A DNA stretch of 44,442 nucleotides from Comamonadaceae bacterium (GCA_947508145.1 CANNRV010000001.1:1-44442), one strand, 5' to 3'; shown: positions 7,407 through 17,464, numbered from the stretch's first letter. Notes: a model not told the origin generated them from the letters alone. Made by a program: numbers and translations.

Positions 7407-7943
7407 ATGAGTTTCAATACCGAATTGCAGACAGGTGTCTGCGAACAGCCCTCGAACGCCTCACGCGGCTTTGTGCTGAACCACTCTATGCTCAGGGTCA
7501 AAGACCCGGCTGTTTCTCTGGACTTTTACTCGCGCATCATGGGTATGCGTTTGTTGAGAAAGCTGGACTTTCCCGAGATGTCTTTCAGTCTGTATTTTTT
7601 GGCCGTGGCTGAGGCTGCCCAACACGCACCAGAATCCACCGGTGAGCGCACCGCTTGGACTTTTTCTCAAGCCGGTGTGTTGGAGTTGACCCATAACTGG
7701 GGCACCGAAAATCAAGCCGAATTCAAATACCACGAAGGTAATGCGCAGCCGCAAGGCTTTGGGCACATTTGTTTTTCTGTGCCGGACTTGGACGCTGCTG
7801 TGAAATGGTTTGACGACAACCAGGTGGTTTATGTAAAGCGACCGGACCAAGGCAAGATGAAAGATGTGGCTTTCATCAAAGACCCGGATGGCTACTGGAT
7901 TGAAATTGTCGAGCCGGGCAGACTGAAAAACCTGGGGATGTGA
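7407..7943 (+). CDS. gloA: Lactoylglutathione lyase (glyoxalase I), long Zn-activated type
   Basis: NHSMLRVKDP, SLYFL, LELTHNWG, GFGHI and FIKDPDGYWIEI motifs. 178 aa with an N-terminal arm. Confidence 0.95.
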   Translation: MSFNTELQTGVCEQPSNASRGFVLNHSMLRVKDPAVSLDFYSRIMGMRLLRKLDFPEMSFSLYFLAVAEAAQHAPESTGERTAWTFSQAGVLELTHNWGTENQAEFKYHEGNAQPQGFGHICFSVPDLDAAVKWFDDNQVVYVKRPDQGKMKDVAFIKDPDGYWIEIVEPGRLKNLGM

Positions 7944-8213
7944 TCAGCGGGGTTTTTTCATGTCAGTCGCAGACATGAAGTCCTTGCGCTTGACTTCATC
8001 GGTCTTCATGGCCTGCTGAATCTGACGTACCAACAGCATTTTGGTGTGTTGCTGCATATCCTCAGCGCGAAGACGTATGTAAATAGATTGGGCTTTGGCC
8101 TTGTCCGATTTGGCTTCAATCAACGCCTGTGCCCATAAGCCGTCTCTGATGACACCGTCTTGCATTTCACGCAAAACCATGGCGTGTATGAGTTCACTGG
8201 GTTGAGTTGCCAT
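7944..8213 (-). CDS. Hypothetical protein (89 aa)
   Basis: ORF starts 19 bp after fbp in the same direction, with an AGAAAG upstream. Helical GLWAQAL...KAQSIYIRLR motif. Confidence 0.65.
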   Translation of the reverse strand: MATQPSELIHAMVLREMQDGVIRDGLWAQALIEAKSDKAKAQSIYIRLRAEDMQQHTKMLLVRQIQQAMKTDEVKRKDFMSATDMKKPR

Positions 8214-8232
8214 AACTGCTTTCTGTGGGTGT

Positions 8233-9237
8233 TTAAGCGGAGGTATTGTGCATGGCGCTCAATCGGGCCACTTCATTTTTTGAGCCCAGACACACGCTGA
8301 CACGTTGGTGCAATTGGCTGGGTTGTATGTCCAGAATGCGTTCGCGACCATTGGTGGCCATGCCACCGGCTTGTTCAATCAGCCAACTCATGGGATTGGC
8401 TTCGTACATCAAACGCAGCTTGCCTGCTTTTTCCGGTTCGCGTTTGTCCCAGGGGTACATGAAGATGCCGCCGCGTGTCAGTATGCGGTGCACATCGGCC
8501 ACCATGCTGGCCACCCAGCGCATATTGAAGTCTTTGCCGCGCGGGCCGTCTTTGCCGGCCAGACATTCGTTGATGTAATCGGCCACCGGCTTGTCCCAGT
8601 GGCGCATATTGCTCATGTTGATGGCGAATTCGCGGGTATCTTCGGGAATGCGCACGTTTTCTTGCGTCAGCACAAACGAGCCTTGTTCGCGGTCCAGCGT
8701 GAACATCACCACACCATCGCCCACCGTCAGCACCAGCGTGGTTTGCGGGCCGTATACGCAATAGCCTGCGGCCACTTGCGCGTGGCCGGGTTGCAGAAAA
8801 TCAGCTTCACTCACCTTGTCCGAGGCTTCGGGTTTTTTCAAGACGCTGAAGATGGTGCCAATGCTGACATTCACATCGATGTTGCTCGAGCCATCTAGCG
8901 GATCGAACAACAACAGGTATTCGCCTTGGGGATAGCGATTCGGCACCACATAAATGCTGTCCATTTCTTCTGAGGCCATGGCCGCCAGATGACCGCCCCA
9001 TTCATTGGCTTCAATCAGCACCTCGTTGGCGATGATGTCCAGCTTTTTCTGCACTTCACCTTGAACGTTTTCACTGTGTGCAGAGCCCAGCACGCCGCCC
9101 AATGCACCTTTGTTGACTGAATGGCTGATGCCTTTGCAAGCCCGCGCCACCACTTCCAATAACAATCGCAATTCAGGCGGGATATGGTGCTTGGCGCGTT
9201 GTTGCTCGACCAGGTAGCGAGACAGTGAGGTTGCCAT
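8233..9237 (-). CDS. fbp: Fructose-1,6-bisphosphatase class 1
   Basis: [31 protein letters not shown] and [11 protein letters not shown] motifs. Confidence 0.97.
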   Translation of the reverse strand: MATSLSRYLVEQQRAKHHIPPELRLLLEVVARACKGISHSVNKGALGGVLGSAHSENVQGEVQKKLDIIANEVLIEANEWGGHLAAMASEEMDSIYVVPNRYPQGEYLLLFDPLDGSSNIDVNVSIGTIFSVLKKPEASDKVSEADFLQPGHAQVAAGYCVYGPQTTLVLTVGDGVVMFTLDREQGSFVLTQENVRIPEDTREFAINMSNMRHWDKPVADYINECLAGKDGPRGKDFNMRWVASMVADVHRILTRGGIFMYPWDKREPEKAGKLRLMYEANPMSWLIEQAGGMATNGRERILDIQPSQLHQRVSVCLGSKNEVARLSAMHNTSA

Positions 9238-9240
9238 GCG

Positions 9241-11892
9241 TCAGTCCTCCAAAGCAGAGTCAATCACTTCGCGCACATCGGCGCTCAAATCGTCTTTTGC
9301 CGCAACCCGGCGAATCGCTTCATGCGCTGCGCTGCGGTAGGGCTCGACCAGTTTGCGCCAGCGGTCCATCGCACGTGCTAAGCGTGCAGCAACCTGGGGG
9401 TTGAAGCCGTCAAGCTCCAGCACCCGTTCACTCCAAAACACATAGCCTGCCGCATCGCTGCGGTGAAACGCCGCCGGGTTGCTGCAATAGCTGGCAATCA
9501 GGCTGCGCGCCCGGTTCGGGTTGCGGATTTGAAAGTCCGGATGCTGCATCAACTGGCGAACCCGTGCAAGCACATGGCCGTTGCGGTCGCAGGCCGAGGC
9601 CTGGGTTGCAAACCATTTGTCCAAGACCAGTTCTTCATTTTTGAACTGTTGATAAAACAGCGACAAGGCCTGCTCGGCCAAGTCATGGTTCACCGCGATC
9701 AGCGCTTGCAGTGCGTGCATACGATCTGTCATGTTGTGGGCTTGTTTGAATTCAGCCAGCGCTTGTTGCGCCCAATGGTGTTTGTGCTGCGAGTGATCTG
9801 CCAGACACAGGTAATTCAATGCCAACCCGCGTAAGGCGCGTTTGCCGCTGGACAAGGCATCCGGTGAATACGGGCCTTGCACGCGGTAATGCGCAAAAGC
9901 CCAGGCCCAGTCTTCTGACAAAGCCAGCGCAATTTGTTCGCGCATGCTTTCACGCACACGGTGAATTTTTTGCGGGTCCACTTCCGTGGCTTGTTCAGCG
10001 ATGTAGTTTTCGCTCGGTGGGGTGAGCACCAGTTCTTTGAATGCGGCATCCAGTTGCGGGTGGCGCAACACATGGCGCAAACCTTCAACCAATTCAGATG
10101 ACAGCGGTTGATCGGAGGCTTGTTCTTGCTGCAAAGCGTTCAATGCAGCTGACAAGTACAAACGCTGAGCCGATTCCCAGCTGTTAAAAGGATCGCTGTC
10201 ATGCGCTAACAGGGTGAGCAACTGCGCTTGGCTGTAGCCAAAGTTCAATTGCACCGGCGCACTGAAACCACGCAGCAGAGACGGGATGACAGGTTCAGTG
10301 ATGCCTTCCAGCACCAGCGTTTGCTCAGCCAGACTGAGCACCAGCAGTTGGTCGTCCAACACATTTTGACCATCACTGTTTAGCAAACCGAATTGCACGG
10401 GGATCAAAAACGGTTGTTTCACAATTTGACCGGGTGTCATCTGACATGACTGTTTGAAATGCATGGTCAATCGCGCATTGGCTGCATCATGCTCGACCCG
10501 CACATCCACACGCGGTGTACCGGCCTGCGAATACCATCGTTTGAACACGTCCAGTTGTTTGTAGAGTTCAGTGGCGGGGTTGGCATCTGCAATGGCTTGC
10601 ACAAAATCGTCACAGGTCACGGCCTGACCGTCGTGGCGCTGGAAATACAACTTCATGCCCATGGCAAAACCGTCGCGCCCAACCAGCGTTTGCATCATGC
10701 GAACAACTTCCGCACCTTTTTCGTAAATGGTGACGGTGTAGAAGTTGTTGATTTCCATGTAGCTGTCGGGGCGCACCGGGTGCGCCATGGGACCGGCATC
10801 TTCCGCGAACTGCACAGTGCGCAGCAAGCGCACATCTTCAATGCGTTTGACCGCGCGTGCAGACGCAGAGCCCGACAAGTCCTGGCTGAACTCCTGATCG
10901 CGAAAGACAGTGAGACCTTCTTTCAGCGACAACTGAAACCAGTCGCGACAGGTGACGCGGTTACCGGTCCAATTGTGGAAATACTCGTGGCCGACCACGC
11001 TTTCGATATTGCCGTAATCCTGGTCTGTCGCTGTGGACGGGCTGGCCAACACATATTTGGTGTTGAAAATATTCAGCCCTTTGTTCTCCATCGCGCCCAT
11101 GTTGAAGTCTGAGGTGGCAACCACCATGAAGCGCTCCAGATCCAGACTCAGACCAAAGCGGGCTTCGTCCCAGGCGATGCTTGCCATCAGCGACTGCATG
11201 GCGTGATCCGTTTTGTCCAGATCGCCCGAACGCACATAAATTTGCAGCAGATGTTCTTTGCCGTTGCGCGCGGTGATGCGCTGTTCGCGGCACACCAGTT
11301 TGCCCGCGACCAGCGCAAACAAATAACTGGGTTTGTGGTGCGGGTCTGCCCATGTCGCGAAATGCCGTCCGTCTTCCAGATCGCCTTGCGCCACTAAGTT
11401 GCCGTTGGACAGCAGCACCGGGTAATCGGCTTTGCTGGCACGCAGCGTCACGGAGTACAAGGACATGACATCCGGGCGGTCTAGGAAATAGCTGATGCGT
11501 CTGAAGCCTTGGGCTTCGCATTGGGTGAAAAACGAGTCTTGGCTGACATACAAACCGGAGAGCTCAGTATTTTTCGAAGGGTTGCAGGTGGTGAATATCT
11601 CCAACTTAAAAACTTCATTGCCCTCAGGCAGGTTTTCCAGCACCAGTTGTTCACCGTCCATCTTGAATGAGGTGCCTTGTCCGTTGACCAGCACGCGCGA
11701 CAAGTTCAATGCCTCGCCATCCAGTTTCAAAGCCTGAGCTGCCACCTCCGGGTTGCGCCGGATGTGCATGGTGTTGAGCACGCGGGTTTTGACCGGATCC
11801 AGATCAAACACCAAGTCGACGGTGTCGATCCAAAAACCGGGGGCCTGGTAGTCTTGGCGCCGTGTGATCACGGCCTGGCCTTCACGAAACAT
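9241..11892 (-). CDS. pepN: Aminopeptidase N (M1 family)
   Basis: TQCEAQGFRRI, GAMENKGLN, HEYFHNWTGNRVT (HExxH) and LKEGLT motifs. Confidence 0.97.
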   Translation of the reverse strand: MFREGQAVITRRQDYQAPGFWIDTVDLVFDLDPVKTRVLNTMHIRRNPEVAAQALKLDGEALNLSRVLVNGQGTSFKMDGEQLVLENLPEGNEVFKLEIFTTCNPSKNTELSGLYVSQDSFFTQCEAQGFRRISYFLDRPDVMSLYSVTLRASKADYPVLLSNGNLVAQGDLEDGRHFATWADPHHKPSYLFALVAGKLVCREQRITARNGKEHLLQIYVRSGDLDKTDHAMQSLMASIAWDEARFGLSLDLERFMVVATSDFNMGAMENKGLNIFNTKYVLASPSTATDQDYGNIESVVGHEYFHNWTGNRVTCRDWFQLSLKEGLTVFRDQEFSQDLSGSASARAVKRIEDVRLLRTVQFAEDAGPMAHPVRPDSYMEINNFYTVTIYEKGAEVVRMMQTLVGRDGFAMGMKLYFQRHDGQAVTCDDFVQAIADANPATELYKQLDVFKRWYSQAGTPRVDVRVEHDAANARLTMHFKQSCQMTPGQIVKQPFLIPVQFGLLNSDGQNVLDDQLLVLSLAEQTLVLEGITEPVIPSLLRGFSAPVQLNFGYSQAQLLTLLAHDSDPFNSWESAQRLYLSAALNALQQEQASDQPLSSELVEGLRHVLRHPQLDAAFKELVLTPPSENYIAEQATEVDPQKIHRVRESMREQIALALSEDWAWAFAHYRVQGPYSPDALSSGKRALRGLALNYLCLADHSQHKHHWAQQALAEFKQAHNMTDRMHALQALIAVNHDLAEQALSLFYQQFKNEELVLDKWFATQASACDRNGHVLARVRQLMQHPDFQIRNPNRARSLIASYCSNPAAFHRSDAAGYVFWSERVLELDGFNPQVAARLARAMDRWRKLVEPYRSAAHEAIRRVAAKDDLSADVREVIDSALED

Positions 11893-11923
11893 ATGATTTC
11901 TCCGTTGTCAGTTGCCTGGGCAT

Positions 11924-13028
11924 TCAAACACCTTGTTTGAGCGAGGCTTCAATGAAAGTGTCCAGATCGCCGTCCAACACTTTTTGGGTGTTGCTGATTT
12001 CGACATTGGTGCGCAAATCTTTGATGCGGCTTTGGTCCAGCACATAGCTGCGAATCTGGTGGCCCCAGCCCACGTCGGTCTTGGTGTCTTCCAGTTTTTG
12101 TTGCGCCTCCATGCGTTTGCGCATTTCAAAATCGTACAAGCGAGAGCGCAAACGTTTCCAGGCCACATCCCGGTTGCTGTGCTGGCTGCGACCATCTTGG
12201 CATTGCACCACGATACCGGTGGGAATGTGAGTCAAGCGCACCGCTGAATCGGTTTTATTGATGTGCTGACCGCCAGCACCACTGGCGCGGAATGTGTCGG
12301 TGCGTACATCAGCCGGGTTGATGTCGATTTCAATCGAATCATCGATTTCCGGGTAAACAAAAATGCTGGCGAAGCTGGTGTGGCGACCACCGGCTGAATC
12401 AAAGGGGGATTTGCGCACCAGGCGGTGCACGCCGGTCTCTGTGCGCAACAAACCGAAAGCGTATTCGCCTTCAATCTTCAATGTCGCGCCTTTGATACCG
12501 GCTACGTCGCCGGGTGACTCGTCTTCCAAGGTGGCTTTGAAGCCTTTGCGTTCGGCGTATTTCAGGTATTGGCGCAACAACATGCTGGCCCAGTCGCAGG
12601 CCTCTGTGCCACCGGCACCGGCTTGTATGTCCAAAAACGCATTCAGCGGATCGGCCGGGTTGTTGAACATGCGGCGGAATTCCAATTTTTGGATTTCTGC
12701 TTCAATGCGTTGCGTGTCTTCTTCAATCGTCAGCAAACCGGCGTCGTCGTTGTCGGCCTTGCTCATTTCAAACAGTTCGGTGTTGTCTTCAATCTCTTGG
12801 TTCAGGCGTGACAGCACCAGCACGATGTCATCCAGAGATTTTTTCTCTTTGCCCAGTTCCTGGGCTTTTTTCGGGTCGTTCCACACCGCCGGGTCTTCCA
12901 GCGATGCATTGACGGTTCTCAGTCGTTCAGCTTTGGCATCGTAGTCAAAGATACCCCCGTAGGTCGAGGGTGCGGGCACCCAAGTCGACCAGTAAATTGC
13001 CAATGGTATTGATACGTTCTGCGTCCAT
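11924..13028 (-). CDS. prfB: Peptide chain release factor 2, made by programmed +1 frameshift (27 codons from ATG 13028, then the +1 frame; about 367 aa)
   Basis: ATG 13028 gives [27 protein letters not shown], then CTT TGA C at 12950-12944. The +1 frame continues DYDAK... and contains SPF and GGQ. The ORF-track N-terminus (13003) is an artefact. Confidence 0.97.
12944..12959 (-). promoter_or_regulatory. RF2 autoregulatory frameshift cassette (internal SD-like CGGGGG, TAT, CTT TGA C)
   Basis: The minus strand reads CGG GGG TAT CTT TGA C, matching the canonical prfB slippery site. Confidence 0.95.
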
Positions 13029-13091
13029 GTCTTGCCTTAAGTAGCTTGCAAAAACACAGATTATCCCCTGAGCCCTTACCGTCGCCCCGAG

Positions 13092-13892
13092 TTACTGCCC
13101 CCAAGCGCTTGCCGGGGCGTTGTCGGCAGACAGATTTTGCAGGCCGAGCAGCACATCTCCCACCAAAATGATGGCCGGGCTGCCAAGCTGTTCTTGTTCA
13201 AACACTTTGTCGAGTGCATTCAACTGCGTGCAGACATGGCGCTGCGTGGGCAGGCTGGCGTTTTCCACCACGGCCACCGGTGTGTCGCCGGGCAGGCCTT
13301 GCAGCAAACCGGCTTGCAAATGGCTGGCGGTTTGAACGCCCATGTAAATCACCAGCGTCAGGCGGCAGGTGTGCGCGGTGTGGGCCAGTTGTGCCCAATC
13401 TACGGCGGGCAATGCGGTGGCCGAGCGCTCAGGCGAGGCATGGCCGGTGACCATGATCACACCATGCGCATGGGCGCGGTGGGTGAGGGCGATGCCCAAG
13501 TCATGCGCAGCGGCCAGTCCGGCGGTGATGCCATTGATCACTGCCACGTCAATGCCCTGAGCCTGCAAATGCGTTTGCTCTTCGCCTGCACGTCCGAAGA
13601 TCAGCGGGTCGCCGCCTTTGAGACGCACCACGTTTTCACCCGCCAGCGCTTCTTGCGCCATCAATTTTTCGATAAAGGCTTGCGGTGTGGAGCGGCAACC
13701 ACCGCGTTTGCCCACGTGAATGATGCGTGCGGAGGCTGAGGCATGTTGCAACACCTCGGGGTGCACCAGGTCATCCACCAGCAAGACGCTGGCATGTTGA
13801 ATCGCTTTGACGGCTTTGAGGGTTAACAGCTCGGGGTCGCCCGGACCGGCACCGACCAGGGTGACTTTGGGGGTGTGCGTTTTCTGGTTCAT
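13092..13892 (-). CDS. cobA: Uroporphyrinogen-III C-methyltransferase (SUMT)
   Basis: VTLVGAGPGDPELLTLKA, VGKRGG, VRLKGGDPLIFGR and GITAG motifs. Start ATG 13892 overlaps the ybiB stop (ATGA). Confidence 0.93.
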   Translation of the reverse strand: MNQKTHTPKVTLVGAGPGDPELLTLKAVKAIQHASVLLVDDLVHPEVLQHASASARIIHVGKRGGCRSTPQAFIEKLMAQEALAGENVVRLKGGDPLIFGRAGEEQTHLQAQGIDVAVINGITAGLAAAHDLGIALTHRAHAHGVIMVTGHASPERSATALPAVDWAQLAHTAHTCRLTLVIYMGVQTASHLQAGLLQGLPGDTPVAVVENASLPTQRHVCTQLNALDKVFEQEQLGSPAIILVGDVLLGLQNLSADNAPASAWGQ

Positions 13893-14809
13893 CGCGAAAC
13901 AGTCATGTGTTGAGCCAGTTCGCACAATTGCGCGACTTGGTTTTGAATAGGGGCAGGAATGCGTTCCGGTTCGGCTAACAGGGAGCGAATGTAATCTGCG
14001 GTTTGAGTGGCGTTGAGTCCGACGGGGTAAGCGGTGTTGTCAATCGAAGCCGTGTCTTGCGGGTCATGTTCTGCAAACAAGGCACCAGCTTTGAGCAAAA
14101 CAGATTTGCGCAGGCGTCTGGGGTCTGCCACCGGTTCGCCTTCGGTGCCGCGCAGCAACATGGCGTTGGACTGCATCAATTGCATGGTTTGCCACATCGA
14201 CGTCTCGTATTCTGGGTGTGTGTAACTGGCCACCAGCAACGCATGGCCGTCAACCGGGTTCATCAGTTTGGCCAGGCTGTGACCAGAGTTTCTCAAGCCA
14301 AGTGATCGGCGCACTTGCAGCAAACGCCATAAGCCGGGGGACAGCAGTTCTGATGAAACGTACACCACCTCCCGGTCTGTCAAAGCGCGCAATGAGCTGA
14401 GGCGTGCCAAGCCCAGTGCTTGCATCACATCGGCTGTAGACACACGCGAGTCTTCTGTGTTCCCGCCGTGCACGATGACGCGCAATCCCTGTTGTGCCAG
14501 CAGAATTGCCAGCAAAGGTGTCAGCAGTGGCAAGCGACGTGCGCCGTTGTAGCTGGGCAGCACCACCATAGGCGCAGCAGTTTCATTTGGAATTCGATGC
14601 AAGCGGCTGTTCAAGGCATCTAAAAAACCGGCCATTTCTTGCGCGGTTTCGCCCTTGACCCGCATGGCAATGCAAAACGCGCCGAGCTGTAAGTCCGGCA
14701 CCGCGCCGTCCAACACCAGACCCATCAATTCAGCGGCTTGTTCGCGAGTTAAGTCCCGCGCGCCTTGTTTGCCGCGTCCTATCTCTTTGATGAAATGACT
14801 GATGCCCAT
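13889..14809 (-). CDS. ybiB: DNA-binding protein YbiB (TrpD2, anthranilate phosphoribosyltransferase-like fold)
   Basis: MGISHFIKEIGRGKQGARDL, AMRVKGET, LPSYNGARRLP, YTHPEY and LRGTEGE motifs. Confidence 0.9.
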   Translation of the reverse strand: MGISHFIKEIGRGKQGARDLTREQAAELMGLVLDGAVPDLQLGAFCIAMRVKGETAQEMAGFLDALNSRLHRIPNETAAPMVVLPSYNGARRLPLLTPLLAILLAQQGLRVIVHGGNTEDSRVSTADVMQALGLARLSSLRALTDREVVYVSSELLSPGLWRLLQVRRSLGLRNSGHSLAKLMNPVDGHALLVASYTHPEYETSMWQTMQLMQSNAMLLRGTEGEPVADPRRLRKSVLLKAGALFAEHDPQDTASIDNTAYPVGLNATQTADYIRSLLAEPERIPAPIQNQVAQLCELAQHMTVSR

Positions 14810-14880
14810 TGACCGGATTGTGAAACAAAGTTGATGACTTTGAGTAATGAGGCAAATCACGCAAAGCTAAACTCGTCCCC

Positions 14881-15918
14881 ATGTGGATATTGGGCATTGA
14901 ATCTTCTTGCGATGAAACCGGCGTGGCTTTGGTGCGTGCTGACAGGGGCAGCGCCTTGCCGGTGCTGGTGGCGCAAGCCCTGCATACACAAGCCGCTATG
15001 CACGAAGCCTATGGTGGCGTGGTGCCCGAGCTTGCCAGCCGCGACCATATTCGGCGCGTCTTGCCCTTGATTCAGCAGGTCATGGCGCAATCGTCTTTGT
15101 CGCTCTCGCAATTGGATGTGATTGCGTATACACGCGGCCCAGGTTTGGCTGGTGCTTTGCTGGTCGGTGCGGGCACTGCATGTGCCTTGGCCGCTAGTCT
15201 GGGCAAGCCGCTGATAGGCATTCACCACTTGGAAGGGCATTTGCTGTCACCTTTTCTCAGTGCCGATCCGCCTTCATTTCCCTTTGTGGCTTTGCTGGTG
15301 TCAGGCGGGCACACGCAATTGATGCAAGTGGATGCGGTCGGCAGTTATGTGTTGCTCGGCGAAACCATAGACGATGCTGCGGGCGAGGCGTTTGACAAAT
15401 CCGCCAAGCTCATGGGCTTGGGTTATCCCGGCGGCCCGGCGCTCTCAGCGCTTGCTGCCCAAGGCAACCCGCTGGCGTTTGCGCTGCCCAGACCTTTATT
15501 GAACCAACCGAATCTGGATTTTTCGTTTGCCGGTTTGAAGACAGCCGTGTTGACCCAGACGCTAAAACTGGGCGCTGATCTCGAGCAACGCAAAGCCGAT
15601 CTCGCGGCCTCAACGCAAGCGGCCATCGTCGATGTGCTGGTGAAAAAATCGGTCAAGGCCTTGAAGCAAACCGGTTTGAAAACCCTAGTGGTCGCCGGTG
15701 GCGTAGGTGCCAACCGGGCCTTGCGGGAACAGTTGCAAGCTCATTGCCGCAAACTGGGTGCGCGTGTGCATTACCCTGAACCCGAGTTGTGTACCGATAA
15801 CGGTGCCATGATCGCCATGGCAGCAGCTATGCGGCTGAGCGCCGGTGTAGAAACGCCTCAAGCTGATTACGCGTTTGACGTTCTGCCGCGCTGGCCACTG
15901 GCACAAACACCCGCCTGA
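14881..15918 (+). CDS. tsaD: tRNA N6-threonylcarbamoyladenosine transferase subunit TsaD
   Basis: [47 protein letters not shown] and CTDNGAMIA motifs. Confidence 0.97.
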   Translation: MWILGIESSCDETGVALVRADRGSALPVLVAQALHTQAAMHEAYGGVVPELASRDHIRRVLPLIQQVMAQSSLSLSQLDVIAYTRGPGLAGALLVGAGTACALAASLGKPLIGIHHLEGHLLSPFLSADPPSFPFVALLVSGGHTQLMQVDAVGSYVLLGETIDDAAGEAFDKSAKLMGLGYPGGPALSALAAQGNPLAFALPRPLLNQPNLDFSFAGLKTAVLTQTLKLGADLEQRKADLAASTQAAIVDVLVKKSVKALKQTGLKTLVVAGGVGANRALREQLQAHCRKLGARVHYPEPELCTDNGAMIAMAAAMRLSAGVETPQADYAFDVLPRWPLAQTPA

Positions 15919-15939
15919 ACAACCCGAAAGTCACACCTC

Positions 15940-17100
15940 ATGCGCCAAGCCATCATCGATTTGCAAGCCTCCCGTATCCGAGATGTGGCCAACGCAGGAC
16001 TGGGCCGCAGCGATGTGCTGGCGTTCTGGTTCGGCGAAAGCGATGAGGTAAGCCCCGAATGCATCCGCCAGGCCGCCATCGATTCCCTGCAACAAGGCGA
16101 AACTTTTTACGCCCACAACCTCGGCCTGCCGGAACTGCGTCAAGCGATAGCCACTGAAATGCAGCAGCGCCATGGCCCGGCCATAGGGGTGGATCGCATC
16201 GCGGTCACCTCGGGCGGCGTGAATGCCCTGATGCTTGCGATGCAGGCCATCGTCAACCCCGGTGAACAGGTGGTGGTGGTCACGCCAGTCTGGCCCAACC
16301 TCACATCCCAACCGGTGATTCTGGGCGCAGAACTCAAAACCGTTTGCCTGGAGCCGCAACACGGCCGCTGGACCTTGCCCATGGACAAACTGCTGGCGGC
16401 GGTAACACCGGCCACGCGTTTGCTGGTGGTGAATTCACCGAATAATCCGACCGGCTGGACATTGAGCCGCGACGAGCAGCAAACTTTATTGAACCACTGC
16501 CGCCGCACCGGCACCTGGATACTGTCAGATGAGGTGTATGAAAACCTGTACTACCAGCCGTCCATCAACCGTTGCGCCCCGAGTTTTCTGGACATCGCCC
16601 AACCCGAAGACCGTCTGGTGGTCGCACACAGTTTTTCCAAAAGTTTTTTGATGACCGGCTGGCGCCTGGGCTGGCTGGTCATGCCTGCCCACATGACCGA
16701 ACACATGGGCAAGTTGATCGAATTCAACACCTCTTGCGCCAGTGTGTTTGTGCAACGCGCAGGCGTGGTCGCCATGCAACGCGCCGGGGAAGTGGTGCCC
16801 GGCGTGGTGACGCACATGCTTGCTTGCCGAGACCGCTTGTTTGCCGAATTGAGCACCATTCCGGGGCTTGAATTGGCGGTACCAGACGGCGGCATGTATG
16901 CTTTTTTCTGCCTGCCTGGTCACGCCGACGATCTGCAGACCGCCAAAAGGCTGGTGGCAGAGGCCGGTTTGGGGCTGGCGCCGGGCAGTGCATTTGCCCC
17001 CGAGGCGCAAGGCTGGCTGCGCTGGTGTTTTGCCTCGCGCGACCTGGATCGGCTGGGAATGGGTGCTGAGCGTCTGAGACGCTGGCTTGGCAAGCTATAA
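15940..17100 (+). CDS. Class I/II PLP-dependent aminotransferase
   Basis: [28 protein letters not shown] (PLP lysine) and APGSAF motifs. Confidence 0.93.
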   Translation: MRQAIIDLQASRIRDVANAGLGRSDVLAFWFGESDEVSPECIRQAAIDSLQQGETFYAHNLGLPELRQAIATEMQQRHGPAIGVDRIAVTSGGVNALMLAMQAIVNPGEQVVVVTPVWPNLTSQPVILGAELKTVCLEPQHGRWTLPMDKLLAAVTPATRLLVVNSPNNPTGWTLSRDEQQTLLNHCRRTGTWILSDEVYENLYYQPSINRCAPSFLDIAQPEDRLVVAHSFSKSFLMTGWRLGWLVMPAHMTEHMGKLIEFNTSCASVFVQRAGVVAMQRAGEVVPGVVTHMLACRDRLFAELSTIPGLELAVPDGGMYAFFCLPGHADDLQTAKRLVAEAGLGLAPGSAFAPEAQGWLRWCFASRDLDRLGMGAERLRRWLGKL

Positions 17101-17101
17101 T
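17096..17101 (+). promoter_or_regulatory. Putative sigma70 -10 element of rpsO
   Basis: Perfect TATAAT overlapping the aminotransferase stop codon, 85 bp upstream of rpsO. No clear -35 element. Confidence 0.45.
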
Positions 17102-17186
17102 TTCAAGGCTTTGCCATGTCGGCATAAGTTCACGCCATCTGGCATTTCCGGCTGTTGGCGCATGTCAAATTTTTTGGAAAAACACC

Positions 17187-17450
17187 ATGACAACATTAAA
17201 CAAGGCTGAGGTCGTTAAGGCCAACGCACGTTCTGCCAACGATACAGGCAGCCCCGAAGTGCAGGTCGCCATTCTGACCGCACGCATCAATGAACTGACC
17301 CCCCATTTCAAAACACACGCCAAGGATCACCATGGCCGCCGTGGTTTGTTGCGCATGGTCAGCCGTCGTCGCAAATTGCTCGACTACCTCAAATCCAAAG
17401 ACGCTGAGCGCTACACAGCGCTGATTGCCAAACTGGGTTTGCGCAAGTAA
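17187..17450 (+). CDS. rpsO: 30S ribosomal protein S15
   Basis: [35 protein letters not shown] and LGLRK motifs. Confidence 0.98.
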   Translation: MTTLNKAEVVKANARSANDTGSPEVQVAILTARINELTPHFKTHAKDHHGRRGLLRMVSRRRKLLDYLKSKDAERYTALIAKLGLRK

Positions 17451-17464
17451 TCCTTCCCCTGAGC

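Noticed and set aside
11924-13028. prfB as a frameshifted pseudogene
   Set aside because: The in-frame TGA lies in the canonical CTT TGA C programmed frameshift site.
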